Shown here: one piece after another, positions 57,256 to 64,000 of the stretch | Layout of the letters: each line of letters begins with the position of its first letter | Position numbering within the stretch: position 1 is the stretch's first letter | NCBI GenBank assembly: GCA_902592285.1 | Contig: CACJED010000001.1 | Coordinates: 3,379 to 67,378, forward strand | Length of the DNA: 64,000 nucleotides | Origin: an uncultured Pelagibacteraceae bacterium | Lineage (GTDB): Bacteria; Pseudomonadota; Alphaproteobacteria; Pelagibacterales; Pelagibacteraceae | Direction of reading: 5' to 3' | Notes under the pieces: model-generated | What the model saw: only the letters and a program-made list of their open reading frames with translations | Told to the model about the DNA's origin: nothing | The model's database searches: none | Program-made: the position numbers and the translations under genes

Positions 57256-59046
57256 ATGCGTAAATTCAAAAAATTATATCTAATATTATCACCTTACGAG
57301 CGTAAAAGAGCTTGGTATTTACTTTTTATGATTATTGTAATGGCCTTGATAGATATGCTTGGAGTTGCATCAATAATGCCATTCATAGCTTTACTTACAA
57401 ATCCAGATATTATTGAAACTAATGCAATTTTAAAATTCGCATACTTAAAGGGAAGTTTTTTTGGAATCGAAAATGAAAAACAGTTCTTGATCGCAGCAGG
57501 TATATTTGTTTTTTTATTATTGATCACTTCAATCTCATTTAAAGTTTTGACTACCTACTTTCAATCAATATTTATTGAAATGACAAAACACAATATTTCA
57601 GAACGTCTAGTAGGAAAATATCTTTATCAACCGTATACTTGGTTTTTAGATAGAAATAGTTCGATTCTTGGTAAATCAATTCTTTCGGAGGTCGGGAATG
57701 TCATGGGAAGAGGTTTAACTCCAATGATATCATTAATATCTAACAGTTTACTTACTTTATTGTTGTTTGTATTATTGGTCCTAGTTGAACCTGCGCTTAC
57801 TCTAATTGTAATTTTAATTGTAAGTGTATTTTATGGACTAGTTTATAAATTTAATCAAAATCTAATCAAAAGAATTGGAGAAGAGAATTTCAGGGCCAAC
57901 GAAATACGTTTTAAAGTATTGTTAGAAGCTTTTGGCGCAACTAAAGAAATAAAATTAGCTGGGCTAGAAAATATTTTTTTAAATCAGTTTTCTAATCCAT
58001 CAAAAATAATTGCTAAAAATTCATCTTTAATAAATATCATAAGTCAGATTCCACGTTACACACTCGAGGCAATTTCTTTTGGGGGAATGATTTTAATAAT
58101 TATTTATTTCATGATAAGCAGAGGCGATATAACAAATGTACTACCAGTAATTGCTCTTTATGCATTTGCAGGTTATCGTTTAATGCCTGCTGTACAAAAA
58201 ATTTTTGTTAATATAACTAACTTGAAAGTGGTAGGACCCTCTATTAATAGTTTATATGAAGATTTAAAAAACTTAAAAAGATCAGAAAATTATAAAAATA
58301 AAGATTTTTTAAAATTAGAAAAAGAGATTAAATTAAAAAACATAAGTTATAACTATCCAAATTCATCTAGAACAGTACTAAAAAATATAAATTTAAATAT
58401 ACCAGTGCATCAGACAATAGGAATAGTAGGAGAAACTGGTAGTGGCAAAACTACTACAGTTGATATTATTCTTGGATTGATTGAAGCTCAAGATGGATCA
58501 TTAGAAGTAGATGGCAAAGTTATTGATAAGGATAATAAAAGAGCTTGGCAGAATTCTATTGGTTACGTTCCTCAGCAAATATTTTTGGCTGACGATACAA
58601 TTTCTGCCAATATTGCTTTTGGAAAAAAAAATAATGAGATTAATCAAGATGATGTTGAGAGCGCATCTAAAATTGCAAATTTACATGAATTTGTTGTAAA
58701 TGAATTACCTTTAAAATATCAAACACTTATAGGAGAAAAGGGTGTAAGACTCTCTGGTGGGCAACGTCAGCGAATTGGAATTGCGCGAGCACTTTATAAT
58801 AGACCAGAGTTGTTAGTTTTTGATGAGGCAACAAGTTCTTTAGACAATCTTACTGAAAAAAAAGTTATGGAAGCTATATACAATACTAAAGGTAAAATTA
58901 CAAAAATTTTAATTGCACATCGTTTAACCACTGTAAAAAAATGTGATAAAATTTTCTTATTTGATAAAGGCACTTTAGTAAAAGAGGGTACTTTTGAAGA
59001 ACTTTTACAAATAAGTGAAAAATTTAGAGAAATTGCAGACAATTAG
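57256..59046 (+). CDS. ABC exporter, fused permease/ATPase (PglK/HepA/MsbA-like)
   Basis: N-terminal TM domain, GETGSGKT, YVPQ, LSGGQRQR, FDEATSSLD, IAHRL. Confidence 0.9.
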   Translation: MRKFKKLYLILSPYERKRAWYLLFMIIVMALIDMLGVASIMPFIALLTNPDIIETNAILKFAYLKGSFFGIENEKQFLIAAGIFVFLLLITSISFKVLTTYFQSIFIEMTKHNISERLVGKYLYQPYTWFLDRNSSILGKSILSEVGNVMGRGLTPMISLISNSLLTLLLFVLLVLVEPALTLIVILIVSVFYGLVYKFNQNLIKRIGEENFRANEIRFKVLLEAFGATKEIKLAGLENIFLNQFSNPSKIIAKNSSLINIISQIPRYTLEAISFGGMILIIIYFMISRGDITNVLPVIALYAFAGYRLMPAVQKIFVNITNLKVVGPSINSLYEDLKNLKRSENYKNKDFLKLEKEIKLKNISYNYPNSSRTVLKNINLNIPVHQTIGIVGETGSGKTTTVDIILGLIEAQDGSLEVDGKVIDKDNKRAWQNSIGYVPQQIFLADDTISANIAFGKKNNEINQDDVESASKIANLHEFVVNELPLKYQTLIGEKGVRLSGGQRQRIGIARALYNRPELLVFDEATSSLDNLTEKKVMEAIYNTKGKITKILIAHRLTTVKKCDKIFLFDKGTLVKEGTFEELLQISEKFREIADN

Positions 59047-59068
59047 TTTAACTAAATTATCTAATTTT

Positions 59069-59764
59069 TTAATTTAAAATTTTAAATATCTTTTTTTTTA
59101 TTTCTCTTATGCTTTTAGTAGTATCAATTTTAATTAATTTAAAATTAGAAATAGCAGTATTCTGAAAATACTTTTTTGTTTCATAATTTGCTTTTTTAAT
59201 TGATTTATTTATTTCATTGACACTTAAATCCTTCATTCTTTGTGGTAGTCCCCTAACTCTTAATTTTAATCTCTTGAGTTGTAATTTTGAATTGCAATTA
59301 CTGTAAATTATAAAATCTGATTTTAAAAAATATTTATTAAATTTTTTGATTTCATTTTTTGAAACAGTTTCATTAGCATAAAAATAATCTTGTAAAAAAT
59401 ACATAATTATACCTGGTTCCATAATTAAAAATTCGTCATCTGATAAAATTTTTTTCAACATTTCTATTGAATGTATGTGTCTATAAATTAATAAAATAGT
59501 TCTATAAAAAAATTCTCTTTTATAAATTTTTTTAAAGAATAATCTTTTGTAAAATATTAGATAAAAATTTATTATAATAATTATTACCTTAGTTTTGATT
59601 AAAAATTTAGTTATGAGGTTTAAATTTTTAAATTTATAGAAATTTTTGCTATCACTGCTATGAAAATAAATCTGCTTACCGTTTTTTTTAGTTTTTTGTA
59701 ACTTTGAGCTTATAAAAGTTTTACCAGAACCAGGCGGCCCCACTATTTCAATCAATTTGGGCAT
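59069..59764 (-). CDS. P-loop NTPase, nucleoside-monophosphate-kinase-like fold, substrate unknown
   Basis: IEIVGPPGSGKT Walker A at N-terminus; DFIIY...KRLKLR lid-like segment. Confidence 0.65.
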   Translation of the reverse strand: MPKLIEIVGPPGSGKTFISSKLQKTKKNGKQIYFHSSDSKNFYKFKNLNLITKFLIKTKVIIIIINFYLIFYKRLFFKKIYKREFFYRTILLIYRHIHSIEMLKKILSDDEFLIMEPGIIMYFLQDYFYANETVSKNEIKKFNKYFLKSDFIIYSNCNSKLQLKRLKLRVRGLPQRMKDLSVNEINKSIKKANYETKKYFQNTAISNFKLIKIDTTKSIREIKKKIFKILN

Positions 59765-59946
59765 TTTGTAATAATTTTTTTAATTTTCTTAACAATTGAC
59801 TAGATCTTTAACATATAAATTATAAAACTAAATTATTATATTCATTTTTAACTAAATCATTTTTTTTATTATAATACATTTAGTCTCAAAACTATTTTAT
59901 ATTTTAAAAAATAAGTTATCCATATACAGTTAATTTATTTTATAAA

Positions 59947-61029
59947 ATGAAAATTACATATATTGCTGAGACATCCTTAACTAATAGAAGTGCATATACT
60001 CATCATGTGCTTAAGATGTGTGATGCTTTTTCCAAAAAAGGTGATGTAGAACTAATCATCCCATCTGTTAAAAAAAAATTAAATTTTAGGAAAATTAAAA
60101 AAAATTTTTTACTTAAAACAAAAAAAAACTTTAAGGTAAAATCAATTTTAAAGAATGATATCGTGAATTTTTTAAATCGTTTTTTATTTGGTTTAAAGGT
60201 TGCTTATTATTTGAGAAATAGTAAATCTGAAACAATTATTTCCCGAAGTTTAATTTCAAGTTTTTTTTTATGTGTTTTTGGAGTAAATCATCATCTAGAA
60301 ATACATAATGAATTAAAGGGTTTAACAAAATTTTTGTTAATTAATCTTAATTACATTAATTCCAAATACTTAATTAGAGTCATTTTAATTTCAAAATCTT
60401 TAAGTAAAAAATTTAATTCTATTGAAAGGGAAAAATTGTTAATTTTACATGATGCAGTTGATGTGAAAGATTTTAGATTTAAAATAAGAAACTCAAAAAA
60501 GATCAAATCTGTAACTTATGTTGGAAGTTTTTACAAAGGAAAAGGCGTTGAGCTTATACTGAAACTTGCAAGTAAATTTCATAAAATTGATTTTAATATT
60601 TATGGAGATTTATTGGACAATGCCTATAAAAAAATGAAAAATGTAAAATTACACGGGTATGTTAATTATAATCAGGTTCCTAAAATTTTGGTAAACTCTG
60701 ACATCTTAATTTTACCCAGTGCCAATGTTCAATTTGGTAGAGCAAAAAATATAAATATTACAAATTATAATTCACCTTTGAAGATGTTTGATTATTTAGC
60801 TGCAGGAAAAATAATTTTGTCATCTAAACGTGATGGAATTTGTGAAGTGTTAAAACATAATTACAATTCAATAATTGTTAATAAATATAATTTAGAGTCT
60901 TGGTCTAATGCTTTAAATTCAATTATTAAAAAAAGATATAACTTATCTAAATTAAGGAAAAACTCTCTTAAAACATCTAAAATATATACGTGGGATAAAA
61001 GAATTATTAAAATATTAAATACATTATAA
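59947..61029 (+). CDS. glycosyltransferase family 4 (GT-B)
   Basis: YVGSF..GKG, DILILP, SPLKMFDYLAAGK, TWDKR. Confidence 0.9.
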   Translation: MKITYIAETSLTNRSAYTHHVLKMCDAFSKKGDVELIIPSVKKKLNFRKIKKNFLLKTKKNFKVKSILKNDIVNFLNRFLFGLKVAYYLRNSKSETIISRSLISSFFLCVFGVNHHLEIHNELKGLTKFLLINLNYINSKYLIRVILISKSLSKKFNSIEREKLLILHDAVDVKDFRFKIRNSKKIKSVTYVGSFYKGKGVELILKLASKFHKIDFNIYGDLLDNAYKKMKNVKLHGYVNYNQVPKILVNSDILILPSANVQFGRAKNINITNYNSPLKMFDYLAAGKIILSSKRDGICEVLKHNYNSIIVNKYNLESWSNALNSIIKKRYNLSKLRKNSLKTSKIYTWDKRIIKILNTL

Positions 61030-61149
61030 AAGTATAATTTTATCAGCTTTTATTAAAAGATTATTTTTAAACTTAGATATAATTTCATCAAATTGATATT
61101 TACTATAGTATATAAATGTTAAACAATGTATATAATCTCAAAAATTAAA

Positions 61150-61226
61150 GGGCCTGTAGCTCAGTTGGTTAGAGCAGTACACTCATAATGTATTGGTCCC
61201 AGGTTCGAGTCCTGGCGGGCCCACCA
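61150..61226 (+). tRNA. tRNA with CAU anticodon, probably tRNA-Ile2 (lysidine-modified)
   Basis: GGGCCTG/CGGGCCC acceptor, CTCATAA loop, TGGTC variable loop, TTCGAGT, ACCA; no initiator features (paired G1-C72, no GGG/CCC anticodon stem); resembles Ile2. Confidence 0.88.
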
Positions 61227-61332
61227 AAACAAATACAAATAAGTCTTAAATTATTTTTAAAATCTGAATTAATTATGATAAATAACTAATTTTAAAATAA
61301 ATAAAAAAAATTTTTTAAAATTCATAACCATA

Positions 61333-62571
61333 ATGAATCATAGATCCATTTACGATATTTTTAAAAAAAGAAAGTCCAATCGATTTTTTGATAAAACCAA
61401 AAAAATTCCAAGAAAAAAAATTTTATCTATTTTAGAAAATGCAAATTACGCTCCAAATTCGTGTAATTTACAACATTTTTCCTTCATTTTAGTAGATCAA
61501 AAACAATTAATTACAAAACTTGCAAAAGAATCTACTGAAAAGATTAATTGGTCTCCTATGACATTAGTGGCTATAAATGATACAAGATTTTCAAAAAAAA
61601 GAAGCGCCGGTATTCAAAGTGTTGCTGCTTCAATTCAAAACATCATTTTATCATTTGAAGAAAATAAAATGGGAGCCTGTTGGATAGCTGGATTTAAGAA
61701 TGATCAATTTATAAAAGATACTCTAAATATACCAAAATATTATGAAATTACTGGATTAATAATAATTGGTTATAAAAAAAAAAGAATAAAGGATGATTAT
61801 AGACCTTTCAAAAGAAAAAAAGATGAACTTTTACACGTTAATTCTTACGATAATGATAAGAAAAATATCAATCCAAGTTTATTTTTACATAAATGGAAAT
61901 TTAATGAACTTATTGAATATAAAGATAGAATCGGCTCCGTATATATTCCCAGGCAAAAACTAAATGTTTATACTCATCAAATTGCTAAATCTTCGTCAGA
62001 TATATTCTTGAATTTTATAACAAAAAATTTTTTAAATACATCGAAGATGGATATTCTAGATATTGCAACATATGAGGGTTCATTTGTAAGAGAAATAAAT
62101 AAAAAAATAAAAACAAATTTATATATCTCAGAATTTTCTGATTATTACCTATCATTATATAAAAAAATTTATAAAAAAATAAAAACTATAAAAATAAATA
62201 AAGAATATAAAATTGTGTCAATTAGAAAAAAGAAATTTAATTTTATTTCATTAATATTTAAAATAGAATTTTTACCAAATATTAAAAAGTTATTATCGGA
62301 AACATACAAAATTACACATAAAAATGGTTATATGTATATTACCAGTTTAACAATATTTAATCTTAGGTGTTTGTTTTATTTGGCTCAAAGGTTGATGCCA
62401 AAATCTAACGTATATGAAATGAATAGATTATATCAATTTGGCCCATATAGATATTTTACTAAGTATAATATTGAAAAGATGATTAAAGAGTCTAACTGGA
62501 AGATTGTAGAAAAAGGTGTCGAAGGGAAGTTTTTTAATAAATTTAACTGGTGGATTTTAAAAAAATATTAA
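61333..62571 (+). CDS. nitroreductase-family domain fused to a class I SAM-methyltransferase-like domain
   Basis: N-term KRKSNRFF, APNSCNLQ, QNIIL...MGACWI; C-term ILDIATYEG, FNFI, ETYKITHKNGYMYI. Confidence 0.75.
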   Translation: MNHRSIYDIFKKRKSNRFFDKTKKIPRKKILSILENANYAPNSCNLQHFSFILVDQKQLITKLAKESTEKINWSPMTLVAINDTRFSKKRSAGIQSVAASIQNIILSFEENKMGACWIAGFKNDQFIKDTLNIPKYYEITGLIIIGYKKKRIKDDYRPFKRKKDELLHVNSYDNDKKNINPSLFLHKWKFNELIEYKDRIGSVYIPRQKLNVYTHQIAKSSSDIFLNFITKNFLNTSKMDILDIATYEGSFVREINKKIKTNLYISEFSDYYLSLYKKIYKKIKTIKINKEYKIVSIRKKKFNFISLIFKIEFLPNIKKLLSETYKITHKNGYMYITSLTIFNLRCLFYLAQRLMPKSNVYEMNRLYQFGPYRYFTKYNIEKMIKESNWKIVEKGVEGKFFNKFNWWILKKY

Positions 62572-62577
62572 TTTTTT

Positions 62578-63894
62578 TTATCGATCGTTTAATAAACGAG
62601 TAAATTCCTTATTTTTATAAATTTCATCATGGTATTTTATTGCTAGCCAACCTTTTAAAGAAAGAATCAGAAACTTTATTTTACAAAGTTCGGTAGATTC
62701 CGTTTTGTCATAAATGTTTACATACTCGACAATCCCATATTTTTTATAAAAATATTTTTTAATCGAACTCATTACTATAATTGAGTTATTCAAATATTTT
62801 TCATTTTTAGTTAATTTATATAATTTTATTAAAGCAACAGCAAAATCTACTTGTTGATCACAATGTGCTTTATCACTTTTTTCAGTTGATGGTAGCATAT
62901 GAAATTTATCTATCTTTTTAATAAGTTCATTAGCGATTTTCTCTGCCTCAAAAACAAAATATTCATCTTTAAGATAAAAATGAAAATCACATAATAAATC
63001 TACAAGTTGGGCATTAGAGGCTTCCCATAAACCTTTTTCATTTTTAGACCATTTGTTTATGAAAAGATAATTTTCATTTTGTAAGTATTTTTTGAGACTT
63101 TTGTACCAATTATAAATCAAATCTCTATATATTTTATCTTTTGAGACAATATAAACACTTAATATAGAAGCAATAGCATTAGTATTTTGTTTGAATAACG
63201 TAACGCTTTTATTTTTTTTATTTATTTGTTTTTTAAAAATCATAATACACAATTTATCAAATAGATTTTTTTTCCCTAAGTATTCTAAGTAATCTGGAAA
63301 CAAATTATATTTTTTAAAAAAAGAGTTTTCAGTCCATAATCTTATAATTTTTTTGGCGATCATTAAATTTGATTTGAAATTATTAGAATCTTCTTTAAAA
63401 ATTAGAAGTTCAGGATACATCGCACATCCATTCATTGTACAAATAGGCAAAAAATATGTAAATTTAAAAAATTTTATTGCTACAGTTGAAATGAATTTTT
63501 TTTTTTCAATTTGTTTCTCAATTAAATTAAAATACTTTTTTATATGAGGGTTTTCATCTTTATTTTTATTTTCTAAATCAAATAAAATCAAACCATATAT
63601 TAAATCTGACCAATCATAAGTGTGTATAATATTTTTTGAATGAAATTTTTTGTTTGAGAAATAAAAGTCTTTTTTTAAGGAATTATTTAATGCGTTAAAT
63701 TCATTAGTTAAAAATGAATTTTTTTTGCATAAAACAAATAAAGGGACAATATCTCCAAAATCTTCGAAAATTGGATTATCGTTGATTATCTTGCCTGTGT
63801 TTGCATTTATATGAGATACAATATGTCCTTTAATTTTGTGAGTTGCACAATCTAAAATATTGAAAATATAATTGATTTCTTTTTCGATTAACAA
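62578..63894 (-). CDS. hypothetical protein, probable (alpha/alpha)6-barrel (six-hairpin glycosidase/epimerase-like)
   Basis: repeated helical hairpins (ILSVYIVSKDKIY, LCDFHFYLKDEYF, LIKLYKLTKNEKYL); TTG start. Confidence 0.55.
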   Translation of the reverse strand: MLIEKEINYIFNILDCATHKIKGHIVSHINANTGKIINDNPIFEDFGDIVPLFVLCKKNSFLTNEFNALNNSLKKDFYFSNKKFHSKNIIHTYDWSDLIYGLILFDLENKNKDENPHIKKYFNLIEKQIEKKKFISTVAIKFFKFTYFLPICTMNGCAMYPELLIFKEDSNNFKSNLMIAKKIIRLWTENSFFKKYNLFPDYLEYLGKKNLFDKLCIMIFKKQINKKNKSVTLFKQNTNAIASILSVYIVSKDKIYRDLIYNWYKSLKKYLQNENYLFINKWSKNEKGLWEASNAQLVDLLCDFHFYLKDEYFVFEAEKIANELIKKIDKFHMLPSTEKSDKAHCDQQVDFAVALIKLYKLTKNEKYLNNSIIVMSSIKKYFYKKYGIVEYVNIYDKTESTELCKIKFLILSLKGWLAIKYHDEIYKNKEFTRLLNDR

Positions 63895-63895
63895 A

Positions 63896-64000
63896 TTAAT
63901 TTTCTGAAAATTCTTCTAATGTTTTAAATAGAGCATTAATATCTCCATCATTAGTGTTTAATACAGATGAGAACTCTTCTTTTTGTGTTCTGGCAAGGCT
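63896..64000 (-). CDS. mlaC: C-terminal fragment of MlaC/Ttg2D phospholipid-binding protein (runs off window)
   Basis: translates as SLARTQKEEFSSVLNTNDGDINALFKTLEEFSEN*, resembling the MlaC C-terminus. Confidence 0.7.
   Translation of the reverse strand, partial: SLARTQKEEFSSVLNTNDGDINALFKTLEEFSEN

Larger units (their letters stand above)
57128..63895. other. tRNA-associated accessory island (probable cell-surface glycan genes)
   Basis: lies between core rpoD/tRNA-Val and mlaC; visibly more AT-rich, long intergenic gaps (106-182 bp), GT and exporter content, no integrase. Confidence 0.75.

Noticed and set aside
57117-61230. Similar 3' ends of the two tRNAs (GGTCCACCAAAA and GGCCCACCAAAA) as possible attL/attR
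   Set aside because: Both are complete, different tRNAs; the similarity is the generic acceptor/CCA end; no integrase present

Overview
Very AT-rich, extremely compact alphaproteobacterial chromosome segment, most consistent with Candidatus Pelagibacter (SAR11); this is inferred from gene order, intergenic gaps often under 20 bp and a crtI-crtB-crtY-blh retinal cassette. Bases 1-57,044 are core genome: ctaG/ctaE/SURF1, thrC, rnhA, thrB, ispH, retinal genes, F0 ATP synthase, smc, dsbA, dciA, mutY, ccrM, rnhB, UDG, ispE, tRNA-Gln, cca, greA, hemF, petABC, ychF, pth, rplY, prs, lgt, a two-component system, ilvE, uvrBC, trxB, carAB, dnaG and rpoD. From 57,053 to ~63,895 lies a tRNA-associated, integrase-free accessory island (tRNA-Val, ABC exporter, P-loop kinase-fold protein, GT4 glycosyltransferase, tRNA-Ile2, nitroreductase-methyltransferase fusion, alpha/alpha-barrel-like protein) that ends at mlaC. 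The most notable observations are a 798-aa SMC with no visible hinge or zinc hook, the nitroreductase::methyltransferase fusion cassette, a tRNA-Val with a rewired elbow, a family-4 UDG and a DnaG that have lost metal ligands, GANTC sites inside the ccrM and rpoD promoters, and a zero-spacer head-to-head gene pair. All calls come from reading motifs by eye; no database searches were run.
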